From Bacteroidota bacterium (GTDB taxonomy: Bacteria; Bacteroidota; Bacteroidia; JACPRZ01), in NCBI GenBank assembly GCA_016193485.1, contig JACPRZ010000012.1, positions 33,109 to 97,108 on the forward strand: 64,000 nt of DNA. The letters run 5' to 3'. The notes beneath the pieces are model-generated. The model worked only from the letters and a program-made list of their open reading frames with translations. It did no database searches and had not been told where the DNA came from. Numbering within the stretch: the first letter of the stretch is position 1; every line of letters begins with the position of its first letter. Below, piece by piece: positions 47,547-56,371 of this stretch. A program made the translations under genes and the position numbers.

Positions 47547-49362
47547 AAGCGTCTATTTTGAGTGAAAATTTTATTGGAGAATCAATCGTCACATTGAGTT
47601 TCATTTCTTTTCCTTCTTCCAGATTAATACTATGAATGTTATTGCCCGTGAAATGCGGAGTGTGACCGCCCGCACTAACTACTTTTGAGATTTTTAATTT
47701 TTCAGACCCTTCTTCACCGACAGCGGTAAGTTTTAAATTACACCTCTCGCTAATTTCTGCTTTGAGAATTATCATATATTCAAGTAAATTTTTTGTTCGC
47801 TTCATGAGAAATGACCTTGATTGAAATTCATCTTCATCAAATTTTCTTTTTGATTTTGTCCGCTTCTTTTTCTCTCTTCTTTTTCTTTCTCTTTCTCTTT
47901 CTTTTTTTCCTTCTATATTGGTTGTGTTCACAACAGTAACTTTGAAAGGACTTATGACAACGGGTTCTTCAAAAATTTCCTTCTTCTGAATTTTTTTTGA
48001 AGATTCTTCTTCTGCTTCTTCACCTGTATATTGGGAAACACCATCTCCCTCCCCCGTATTTTCGCCATCATCATAAGGCAAGTATTTATGGAGTTCGGGA
48101 ATATCAAGAACGCCTGATGATTTTGTGATTTTCATTTTATCAAGGCAATCCCTGATAAAAACAATTATTTCTTCCATTGCTTTCGCACCTTTTTCAGTAT
48201 TGCGTTCAGGAATCCATTTGTCATGAGCCGGTGGCTCCATTCTTCTCAATTCCTTATTCCCTTTGTCATCATCACAAATAAAAACTCCCGCATAATTTCC
48301 AGGGAAGGTGAATCTACGAGAATAAATCACCATATGTGACTTACGAATCATGGAAACATAATTCAGTTGCTCTTCTGTTTGGTAAAAATAAAATTTCACA
48401 TTGCCAAGCGTATGAAGTTTTCCTTCAAATGGTGTCCCGTTCTTAATAGCAAGGTAATATTGCAATGGATTTCCTGTTGGCTCTACATAAGCTTTGAATG
48501 GTTCTCCAAGAAAATGTTCAGTCAATAATTTTTCAAGGTTATCCTGATTGATTTGAATATTTTCAACTTTAACAATTAAGTCATTATTGCTGATAGCGTA
48601 CCAAAAATTACGAAGAATTGATTTTATCAGATTTTTTTGCCACCCTTTTTCATTCTTATAACTGGCAATGAAAATATCAGTTCCCGTTTCTTTTCGCCAA
48701 AAATTTTCAGGAATGTCTCTTGGATTTTGAAGTGAACCTTGTCCGATACCAAACGATCCGACACCTCTTTTTATATCTTTGTCAACTTCGTGGCTTACTA
48801 ATTCAGCAATGCCTTGAAATTTTGTAAATCCTTTTTCAGTTTTAGTAGAATAAAAAACTACCCTTAGGTTAGAAGCAGCAAAAGGAGCACCTTTACCGAT
48901 ACCGAACGAACCACCCTCACCCTGATCTTTTGAACTTGCTCCTGTTGATTTTACTAAATTATACCAACCACCTTTTTTATCATTATCAAGTCCCAATAAA
49001 CCTTTTGTATTGAAATCAGATATTCTTAAAAATGGAATAGTTTCACCCTTTATACATGCGAGAGCATCATCCATAAAATTTTGAGTATCTTTATCTGATT
49101 TGTAATATTTTTTGCAAGCATTCAAAACTTCAAGTAATTCACTTTGCCCTGGAAATTCTTTTCGTGTGAACTCCTCAAGTTTAAAGGTAACCAATACAGG
49201 ATCATCGCTTCCGTCCTTCTTCGCATCAAGAGAGTTTTGAATAATTTCTCTTGCAAGGTGGTAATTGTAATTTCCCGTAAAATGTTCAATCATTGAATTG
49301 TGAATACCGTCCTCTCGGCCTCCACCCGTAGTAACAAATTCCCATGTTGGTTCTTTTGTCAT
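47533..49362 (-). CDS. GHKL (HATPase_c-fold) ATPase of unknown function
   Basis: N-box LAREIIQNSLDA, G1 ISDFNTKGL, G2 GGSFGIGKGA, G3-like TGTDIFI; EPPAHDKW; charged low-complexity linker. Confidence 0.75.
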   Translation of the reverse strand: MTKEPTWEFVTTGGGREDGIHNSMIEHFTGNYNYHLAREIIQNSLDAKKDGSDDPVLVTFKLEEFTRKEFPGQSELLEVLNACKKYYKSDKDTQNFMDDALACIKGETIPFLRISDFNTKGLLGLDNDKKGGWYNLVKSTGASSKDQGEGGSFGIGKGAPFAASNLRVVFYSTKTEKGFTKFQGIAELVSHEVDKDIKRGVGSFGIGQGSLQNPRDIPENFWRKETGTDIFIASYKNEKGWQKNLIKSILRNFWYAISNNDLIVKVENIQINQDNLEKLLTEHFLGEPFKAYVEPTGNPLQYYLAIKNGTPFEGKLHTLGNVKFYFYQTEEQLNYVSMIRKSHMVIYSRRFTFPGNYAGVFICDDDKGNKELRRMEPPAHDKWIPERNTEKGAKAMEEIIVFIRDCLDKMKITKSSGVLDIPELHKYLPYDDGENTGEGDGVSQYTGEEAEEESSKKIQKKEIFEEPVVISPFKVTVVNTTNIEGKKERERERKRREKKKRTKSKRKFDEDEFQSRSFLMKRTKNLLEYMIILKAEISERCNLKLTAVGEEGSEKLKISKVVSAGGHTPHFTGNNIHSINLEEGKEMKLNVTIDSPIKFSLKIDAYALQ

Positions 49363-49538
49363 AATATTAAAATTTGAATTTATATTTTACTGCACGCAAC
49401 ATCTCATTATCAATTGTATTTATATAAAAGGGAAATTTATATTCATCCAAGCGTTTTATATATTCCCGCAACAAGATTTAATAATTCGTGCTGATTTTGA
49501 ATTGTAATTGGTATTTTCATGGAAAATAATTTTTGGTT

Positions 49539-49943
49539 TCAAATCAACTCCACCTTAAACCCCTTCTCCGCTTCCAGATTTTTAAACTCACTGTCCCCGG
49601 TGATCAGCGTTGCTTTTTTCTTTATGGTTAATGCTACAGCGAAGGCATCGGCATAGGAAATCTTGTGCCGGGATTTGAGCTGCGCAGCAGCATAGGTTAA
49701 ATTAAAGTCCGCATCTACAATTTCTATCGGGAAATGCAATACGGAACTTAATGCCAGTTCTGCTTTTTCCGGACCTCTCTTTCTATAAGACATATAATAT
49801 ACTTCTCCCAAATTTACCACTGACATTGAGCCGTACTTCTCTCCATTGGAAATATCAGAGAGCAACTGCGATACTGTTTCGTGTCCCTTTTCTTTTTCCA
49901 GCAGGGCAATGATGGCAAAAGTGTCAAAGACAATATTTCTCAT
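49539..49943 (-). CDS. vapC: PIN-domain toxin
   Basis: VFDTFA, NLGEVYY, ISYADAF and LITGD acidic PIN motifs. Confidence 0.9.
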   Translation of the reverse strand: MRNIVFDTFAIIALLEKEKGHETVSQLLSDISNGEKYGSMSVVNLGEVYYMSYRKRGPEKAELALSSVLHFPIEIVDADFNLTYAAAQLKSRHKISYADAFAVALTIKKKATLITGDSEFKNLEAEKGFKVELI

Positions 49944-50170
49944 AATTCTCTTTCTATGGCTTTTTCTTTCATTAATTCTTCCAGGATGCTTCCTTCGCCT
50001 TTGAGTATTCCGGCAAACGATTCAAAATACTCCTTCGTCATGGCTTTCAGAATTATTTCACCGTTTTTTTCAATGATGGCGATTTTTGTCCCGGGTTTTA
50101 TGCCATATTTCCTTCGGATCCTCTTTGGAATTACAATCTGCCCTTTATTAGTTGTTATTGATGTTTCCAT
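49940..50170 (-). CDS. vapB: AbrB/MazE-family antitoxin
   Basis: ITTNKGQIVIPKRIRRKYGIKPG; 4-nt overlap with vapC. Start at ATG 50170; TATCTTTG box at 50209-50216. Confidence 0.88.
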   Translation of the reverse strand: METSITTNKGQIVIPKRIRRKYGIKPGTKIAIIEKNGEIILKAMTKEYFESFAGILKGEGSILEELMKEKAIEREL

Positions 50171-50299
50171 ACGATAATATTTGGTAATACACATTAGGTT
50201 AATGGGTACAAAGATATATAATATTAACGAATTGACAATGGGTGTACGAAAATTATTTTTCTGCAATGAGTAATCATTATAAGCCGCCATAGTATTAGG

Positions 50300-50398
50300 T
50301 TCCCGCAGATTTCGCTGATTTTCGCAAAAAAAAACCTATGTATCATAATTAAAATCAATAATAAAAAAATCTGCGTGTATCTGCGATATCAGCGGGAA
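50300..50398. repeat. Intergenic inverted repeat of CGCAGAT/ATCTGCG units, copy 1
   Basis: TTCCCGCAGATTTCGCTGATTTTCGCA ... ATCTGCGTGTATCTGCGATATCAGCGGGAA. Confidence 0.75.
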
Positions 50399-50529
50399 AT
50401 GTTATTACAGATTTGAAATCAGCCTTATTTTGTTAATAACTTGTTAATAACTTTTTAATATATGCAATACAAGGTACTAATTTAAATACTTATCTTTGCA
50501 GTGTCAATTACCTTATTAACGAATGTACT

Positions 50530-50874
50530 ATGGAACAAACAATAAACATTGAAAACACAAAAGCACAGATGAGAAAAGGGGTGCTGGAACTGTGCGCCCT
50601 TGCAGCGCTTACTGCCGGAGAAGCATACCCTTCCGATATAATTGAGAAATTGAAAAAATCAAAACTAATTGTCGTTGAAGGAACCATATACCCGATGTTA
50701 ACCCGGTTAAAAAATGCCGGGCTGCTTACCTACCGTTGGGAAGAATCCAGGCAAGGACCACCCCGAAAATATTACCGGTTAACTCCTATTGGGGAGAAAG
50801 TGCTGAAGGAACTTGAAGATTGCTGGGATGAACTTGCCGGTACTGTTGATACAATAAGGAAAAACAAAATTTAA
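50530..50874 (+). CDS. PadR-family transcriptional regulator
   Basis: AQMRKGVLE, EGTIYPMLTRL, WEES-QGPPRKYY-LT; TATCTTTG box at 50491-50498. Confidence 0.93.
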   Translation: MEQTINIENTKAQMRKGVLELCALAALTAGEAYPSDIIEKLKKSKLIVVEGTIYPMLTRLKNAGLLTYRWEESRQGPPRKYYRLTPIGEKVLKELEDCWDELAGTVDTIRKNKI

Positions 50875-50880
50875 CTATCA

Positions 50881-51032
50881 TCTAACCATCTAACCATCTA
50901 ACCATCTAACCATCTAACCATTTAACCATTTAACCATTTAACCATCTAACCATCTAACCATTTAACCATTTAACCATTTAACCATCTAACCATTTAACCA
51001 TTTAACCATTTAACCATCTAACCATTTAACCA
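50881..51032. repeat. Octamer tandem array T(C/T)TAACCA x19
   Basis: 19 contiguous units counted by hand; only the second position varies. Confidence 0.95.
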
Positions 51033-51039
51033 TCCAATT

Positions 51040-52659
51040 ATGAAAAAAACAGTATCAGCCAACATCAGCGGTATCATCTTTAATATGGATGAGGACGCGT
51101 ATGAAAAATTCCATAATTACCTCAGCGCAGTCCGGGGCCATTTCAGCGCTTCGGAAGGCAGGGATGAAATCATGGCAGACATAGAAGCACGCGTTGCCGA
51201 AATGTTCCAGCAGAGGGTAGGGGACCGCAAGCAGGTTGTAACCCTTAAAGATGTGGAAGAAGTTATCACCCAGATGGGTAAGCCGGAGGATTTTGCGGGT
51301 GATGGCGCTGGAGCAGGCGCTTCTGCAGAAGAGGCGGCAGCAGGAACCGGCTCCGGCCGTAAATACAGGCGTTTATATCGCGATTCGGATGACCGTGTTC
51401 TGGGGGGGGTATGTTCAGGAATCGCTCATTACTTCGGCTTTGATCCGTTATGGCTGCGGCTTGCCTTTGCCGTAGCATTATTTTTCTTCGGAACCGGTGT
51501 TCTCCTTTATATACTGCTTTGGATAATTGTTCCCCAGGCGCGCACGGCAGCCGAAAAACTTGAGATGAAAGGCGAGAAGGTGAACATCAGCAACATCAGC
51601 AAATCCATTGAAGAAGAGATGGACTATTTAAAAAAAAAGTTGAACGATTTAAAAGATGATGCAAAAAACATTAAAACAAAACCGATAGTTGACAAAGCGG
51701 AAAATATTTTTTCACGCTTCTTCAGTTTCCTTGGTGAACTTTTTACCGCACTGATGAAAGGGTTCCTCCGTTTCATTGGTTTTATTCTTCTTGCAATCGG
51801 TATCATTTTTCTTATCTGGATAATAATCGCTGCTGTCGGTGGCTATACCATCACTACCATTGCCGAAGGCGATTTCAGCGCCATACCCTTTCCGGGGATT
51901 TTAAATTACTTTTTTGACAGCCCGTTCCAGGTGACGCTGCTTAAAGGTGGGCTTTTGCTTCTTATCGGCATTCCTGTTTTCATGTTTATCTATGAAGGAA
52001 TAAAACTCCTTTTCCGCGTAAAAACAAAAACCCACATCATCGGCTTTACTGCATTTGCATTGTGGATTGCCGGCTGGATGATTTGCGCTATTGTTGCAGC
52101 CGGAATGGTAAAAGATTATTCGGTGAAGTCAGTTGTAAAAAAGGAAATCCCCTTACTGCAGCCGGCCGGTTCAACCATTTACCTGTCAGTAAAAAATGAC
52201 GGACTGGGCGGTGATGAGGATGAAGACACGAACCAGATAAGTATCAAAATAAATAATCACCGTTTGTTGTACCGTAATGATGGGAAAGTGTATCTCGGGT
52301 ATGTTCAGTTGGATGTTCAGAAGAGTGAGAACGACAGTTTTAAACTTGTGATACGAAAAATTTCCCGCGGTGAAACCAGAAAAGAAGCGCAGCAGAGGGC
52401 TGATGAAGTACAATATAATTTCAGCCAGAGCGATTCGGCAATCACCTTTTCACCCTATTTTACCATTGGCGAAAAAAGCAAGTGGCGTGCGCAGCAGTTG
52501 AAACTTACGCTGAAAGTGCCTCCGGGAAAATCAATCTACCTGGATGGCTCAATGGAAGAAATCATTTATGACATTGAAAATGTTACAAATACCGTTGACG
52601 AGGAAATGCCCGGGAAAAAGTGGATCATGACGGAAAAGGGATTGGAGAGTGAGGAGTAA
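51040..52659 (+). CDS. PspC-domain membrane protein
   Basis: MKKTVSANISG...DEDAY, DIEARVAE, MGKPEDF; PspC motif RLYRDSDDRVLGGVCSGIAHYFG. Confidence 0.9.
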   Translation: MKKTVSANISGIIFNMDEDAYEKFHNYLSAVRGHFSASEGRDEIMADIEARVAEMFQQRVGDRKQVVTLKDVEEVITQMGKPEDFAGDGAGAGASAEEAAAGTGSGRKYRRLYRDSDDRVLGGVCSGIAHYFGFDPLWLRLAFAVALFFFGTGVLLYILLWIIVPQARTAAEKLEMKGEKVNISNISKSIEEEMDYLKKKLNDLKDDAKNIKTKPIVDKAENIFSRFFSFLGELFTALMKGFLRFIGFILLAIGIIFLIWIIIAAVGGYTITTIAEGDFSAIPFPGILNYFFDSPFQVTLLKGGLLLLIGIPVFMFIYEGIKLLFRVKTKTHIIGFTAFALWIAGWMICAIVAAGMVKDYSVKSVVKKEIPLLQPAGSTIYLSVKNDGLGGDEDEDTNQISIKINNHRLLYRNDGKVYLGYVQLDVQKSENDSFKLVIRKISRGETRKEAQQRADEVQYNFSQSDSAITFSPYFTIGEKSKWRAQQLKLTLKVPPGKSIYLDGSMEEIIYDIENVTNTVDEEMPGKKWIMTEKGLESEE

Positions 52660-52809
52660 TGAACTTAATTAACTCATATCTGTACAATTACCTGAGGATT
52701 TTTTATAAATATATTTGTAGAAATTTTTTGAAATTAATGGAAATTGGTGGATATTTTTCCTGTTTTTGTAATTTCAGACCTCCTGGTCTTTCGTAATTTG
52801 TGATAGGTA

Positions 52810-53823
52810 CTAATGCCCGTAATCCCTATCATCCGTCAGTATTTCAAAAGCCGCTCTGTTTGCAGTTTCTAAAATAGTTTCGTTAAAACCTCCATTTTTA
52901 TTTTTGTACCTGATTTTTATTTTGCATGAAGCGATTTTTGTATTGAAACAGTATTTGATTCCGCCAGGGGGGTTGTAATACTGCAATGTCACAAAATTGC
53001 TCTTACCGGCATTGATTTCACCTTCAATGGATACCCCTTTTCCTGCCGAAGAAAATTTCCAGTTAAACCGGTTGAATTTACCTTTTGCCAATATTGCCCG
53101 GAAAAGCGAGTTTAACCGGAATTCGCGTCCATCGTGCCGCAACACCATCAGCGTCATAAAGGGAGTCCAGACGGGACCATATTTCAACCGGGCAGTGGAT
53201 ATTTCAAAAAAACTTTCAGGGGAGTTGTCAAATCCCGCAACCTGGCCCCATGCATAATTATCCGTATGCTTTATTCCCCAGTTATGATTCTGGCTCCCAA
53301 TCCAGTTTTCAATATCAATGATGGTGTCATTAACGTTCAGTTTTCCGTTAAAAACCGCCAGGGGTAATCCCACAAGCAGTTTCGCTTTTGGAAATTTTCC
53401 CATGTAAAAACTTTCGGGAAGGACGAGTAAGGGTTTTGAATTCCCGCGGTATTTAAGATCCCATTCAATCCTGTTTTTTCCGGAATCTGCGCAACCGCAA
53501 AGTTTTTCATGATTAAGGACGGCATCTTCAATTTTGATGTTGAATATTGTATTATCAAAAATACATTTTTCAATGGGAATTTCCTTTTTCACTGTAGTAT
53601 GCTTTACGGTCGTCCCATCAAAATAAATCGCCCATAATTCACCGAGCGCTTTATCGGGGTGGTTATGAGGAGAAAAAACGGTATAGCGGATCCAGAATGC
53701 GAGAGGAAGTGAAGGATGGTTGGCGCGCAGGAAAAAACTTTCGTAATGCCCTTGTTTTTGCCCGCGGACATAACGGCTGAAGTTATAATTTAAAGATAAG
53801 TTAGAAATTGATTGATTTGACAT
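52810..53823 (-). CDS. Hypothetical beta-rich protein (possibly tocopherol-cyclase/AttH-like fold)
   Basis: GHYESFF, FWIRYT, WDL and GSQNHNWG..H...YAW; the fold assignment is inference. Confidence 0.5.
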   Translation of the reverse strand: MSNQSISNLSLNYNFSRYVRGQKQGHYESFFLRANHPSLPLAFWIRYTVFSPHNHPDKALGELWAIYFDGTTVKHTTVKKEIPIEKCIFDNTIFNIKIEDAVLNHEKLCGCADSGKNRIEWDLKYRGNSKPLLVLPESFYMGKFPKAKLLVGLPLAVFNGKLNVNDTIIDIENWIGSQNHNWGIKHTDNYAWGQVAGFDNSPESFFEISTARLKYGPVWTPFMTLMVLRHDGREFRLNSLFRAILAKGKFNRFNWKFSSAGKGVSIEGEINAGKSNFVTLQYYNPPGGIKYCFNTKIASCKIKIRYKNKNGGFNETILETANRAAFEILTDDRDYGH

Positions 53824-53915
53824 TTGTTCCGAATAGGATAGTTTATTTACATATGGTAAGTAAAAATAGGTAATTGTAAAATTTATAAGTCAATAAGTTT
53901 GAAAATGGCCTTTTT

Positions 53916-53984
53916 TCCCGCAGATTTCGCTGATAAACGCAGATTATTATTGAATATCCGCGAAAATCTGCGTTATCTGCGGGA
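53916..53984. repeat. Intergenic inverted repeat of CGCAGAT/ATCTGCG units, copy 2
   Basis: TCCCGCAGATTTCGCTGATAAACGCAGAT ... ATCCGCGAAAATCTGCGTTATCTGCGGGA; its first 19 nt are identical to copy 1. Confidence 0.75.
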
Positions 53985-54041
53985 GATAAAAAGTTATAGG
54001 CAAGTAGGTGTTATAAAAATCAAAAAATTGCATAAAATGAA

Positions 54042-55541
54042 TTATTTCTTAATAATATTTTCCGCGCACCACAGCGAAAGCGCCATAATGGTCACCTGCG
54101 GGTTAACACCCAAACTTGAGGGGAATACGGATGCATCGGCAATATAAAGCCCCTTTACATCATGTGTTTCAAGGTAAGAATTAACAACGCTTTGCTTAGG
54201 ATTATCGCCCATGCGGCATGTGCCCATCGGGTGAAAGGCGCTCAGTTCAAGTTGTGACGGTTTAATTTCCGCCTCATGTAAAATTTTAAGTTCTTCCGGG
54301 CTGGTTATTTCATCGAAACCGAGCAGGGGAACTAAAATTTTTTCGGCTCCTGCCGCGAAATAAACGCGGGAAGCGATTTCAATTCCTTTTTTAATTTTTT
54401 CAGTGTCGGCCCGGTTTACGCTGTAAAAGACCATGGGTGCATTGTCAATTCCAACGGTTACTTTACCGCGAGAAGTATCGGTAACCATAATTCCGAACCC
54501 GGCCATTTTGCAATAACCGGCCATGTATTTTTTTAGGTCCATTCCGAAGGCGGGCAGTGCAAATGAAAGAAAAGTGGGGGGAAGAAAAAACCCCTCAAAC
54601 ATGATCCCTTCATGAGCGTAATCATCAACATAATATCCCTGTGGAATTCCGCTCCATGAATTTATTTTATCCTTAAAAAGCCCTACCACTTTTGCTGCCG
54701 GGTGAATGTGCAGGTTTTTCCCGGCCTGACCGGAACTGTTTGCAAGTTTATTTTTCAGAAGCAGATAGGGCGTATAAATTGCGCCACAACTCAGAATTAT
54801 CACCGGGGCATCAATTCTGAAAATTCCCCTCTTATTTTTGTTTCCATCCCGGAATGAACCCGATACACTTTTCGCTTTTTTATTTTCAATCAAAATTTTT
54901 TCAACTCTTGCTGAGGTGATGACTGCAGCGCCTTTTTGCGAAGCAGCGGGAATAAAACTTTTTTCCATGCTTTGTTTAGCGCCATTAGGGCAGCCGAAAA
55001 CGCATAATCCTGCGCCTTTGCACCCGGGTGCGTTGCGGGGAAGGGGTTTCGGATGCAATCCTAATTTTTTCGCTCCTTCCGCAAAAAGAATATTATTCGC
55101 TCCAACGGTTTCTTCGGTTGCATCGGAAATGCCTAACATTTTTTCAACCGTCTCAAAATGCGGAATGAGGCGGGAATATTCCAACCCGGTTAAACCGGAT
55201 TGTTTTTTCCATTGCGATAAAACATTTTCAGGAGTCCGGAAGCATGTTCCGGAATTTATTATGGTGGTTCCTCCAAGTGCATTTCCGAGAGGTAAAGGTA
55301 TAGATGGGACTCCGAGGGTCAGAACAGTACCGCTGTCGCGATACATATCGCGCATTACTTTCCAACTGTTTCTTTTAAAACCTGAAATATCATATTGCTT
55401 TCCTTCCTCAATCAAATACACTTTCATCCCGGCCGAAGCAAGGGCGAAAGCCATGGGTGCGCCTCCGGCACCGCTGCCGACCACCACGGCATCGGCTGTC
55501 TCATGGAAATCAGTAGCGAGGGCAGATGAGTCAACAATCAT
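54042..55541 (-). CDS. GMC-family oxidoreductase (long-chain alcohol oxidase-like)
   Basis: VVGSGAGG, GGTTIINSG, C-GAG-C-FGC, HPMGTCRMG and DASVFPSSLGVNP. Confidence 0.88.
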   Translation of the reverse strand: MIVDSSALATDFHETADAVVVGSGAGGAPMAFALASAGMKVYLIEEGKQYDISGFKRNSWKVMRDMYRDSGTVLTLGVPSIPLPLGNALGGTTIINSGTCFRTPENVLSQWKKQSGLTGLEYSRLIPHFETVEKMLGISDATEETVGANNILFAEGAKKLGLHPKPLPRNAPGCKGAGLCVFGCPNGAKQSMEKSFIPAASQKGAAVITSARVEKILIENKKAKSVSGSFRDGNKNKRGIFRIDAPVIILSCGAIYTPYLLLKNKLANSSGQAGKNLHIHPAAKVVGLFKDKINSWSGIPQGYYVDDYAHEGIMFEGFFLPPTFLSFALPAFGMDLKKYMAGYCKMAGFGIMVTDTSRGKVTVGIDNAPMVFYSVNRADTEKIKKGIEIASRVYFAAGAEKILVPLLGFDEITSPEELKILHEAEIKPSQLELSAFHPMGTCRMGDNPKQSVVNSYLETHDVKGLYIADASVFPSSLGVNPQVTIMALSLWCAENIIKK

Positions 55542-55544
55542 TTG

Positions 55545-55955
55545 CTATTTAATTTTATTTACTCCGTCCTTATACCCGTAATATCCGATCGAGTCCATCA
55601 CCTTTTCATCATTGTAAAATGCCATAAGCAGGACGATGGATGTGAACAGATAAATTCCCCGTATGGCAAAGTATTTGTTTTTCCTGAACGCCAGGATTAT
55701 TTTTTTGCGCTTTTCAAATTTCATTCTTGAAAATATTCCCGGAGACATCAATGCAATCCATGAAAAATATTCAAAAATCCACAGGTTAAGATATACAAAC
55801 CATTTTACCCTAAAAGGAGTGTGGGAAAGGAAATCTTCAATGAATCCGGTGATGTCAACGTCTTTGTAACCATAAGGAAAGGGGCCATCCTGCGGGACGA
55901 GCACTTCGGCAATAGCGGTGATTGTGCGGACTTCGCGATCAGAGAGGTTTCTCAT
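55545..55955 (-). CDS. Small partner protein of GMC oxidase (gluconate 2-dehydrogenase subunit 3-like)
   Basis: AIAEVLVP...FY.D..V...IGY pattern; directly upstream of the GMC gene. Confidence 0.55.
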   Translation of the reverse strand: MRNLSDREVRTITAIAEVLVPQDGPFPYGYKDVDITGFIEDFLSHTPFRVKWFVYLNLWIFEYFSWIALMSPGIFSRMKFEKRKKIILAFRKNKYFAIRGIYLFTSIVLLMAFYNDEKVMDSIGYYGYKDGVNKIK

Positions 55956-56346
55956 TATGAAATTGCAAATACGATTTTATCAGGATAATTCCGAAAAATA
56001 AATTTGCCGGAGGTGAAATCAATAATCCGAAATACCCGAACCAGGTGAGATTTTCGGCAAAGTACCAGTACACCCAGTCGGAAAAAATTTCGGTAAAACG
56101 GATACCGGCAACCAGCACAAGCCACCATGCCTGCTTTTTCCAAAGGAACAACGCTGCTGATTGAAAGACCAGGAAAGCAAACCAGACAGCGCCAAGCCGC
56201 CTGATAATTCCGAGTGAGTCGGCATATCCGGTGCCGTGCATGATTTTAAACCACAGTTCAGGAGAGTAAAGGCAGATAGTTGAAAGTGCAAGGTCTAAAA
56301 TTACCAGGAACAGCAACAGTAATGTGATGAAATTCTTATTATACAT
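55939..56346 (-). CDS. Small multi-TM hypothetical membrane protein
   Basis: About four hydrophobic segments; overlaps the next gene. Start taken at ATG 56346. Confidence 0.65.
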   Translation of the reverse strand: MYNKNFITLLLLFLVILDLALSTICLYSPELWFKIMHGTGYADSLGIIRRLGAVWFAFLVFQSAALFLWKKQAWWLVLVAGIRFTEIFSDWVYWYFAENLTWFGYFGLLISPPANLFFGIILIKSYLQFHNEKPL

Positions 56347-56371
56347 AATTTGATAACTTTTCAATATATTT

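Noticed and set aside
42988..50290. Prophage, IS or integrative element as carrier of the island
   Set aside because: No integrase, transposase, phage gene or flanking direct repeat was seen.
50430..50452. Tandem TGTTAATAACT as DnaA-like boxes or oriC
   Set aside because: Only two or three degenerate copies and no dnaA or other origin context.
50881..51032. CRISPR array or telomere-like repeat
   Set aside because: The 8-bp units are contiguous with no spacers and no cas genes are present; it is an internal VNTR.
53899..54147. 82-aa plus-strand ORF
   Set aside because: Made of the CGCAGAT inverted repeat plus sequence antisense to the GMC gene.
54838..55581. 247-aa plus-strand ORF
   Set aside because: Antisense shadow of the GMC oxidase. 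The other short overlapping ORFs in the track were dismissed for the same reason.
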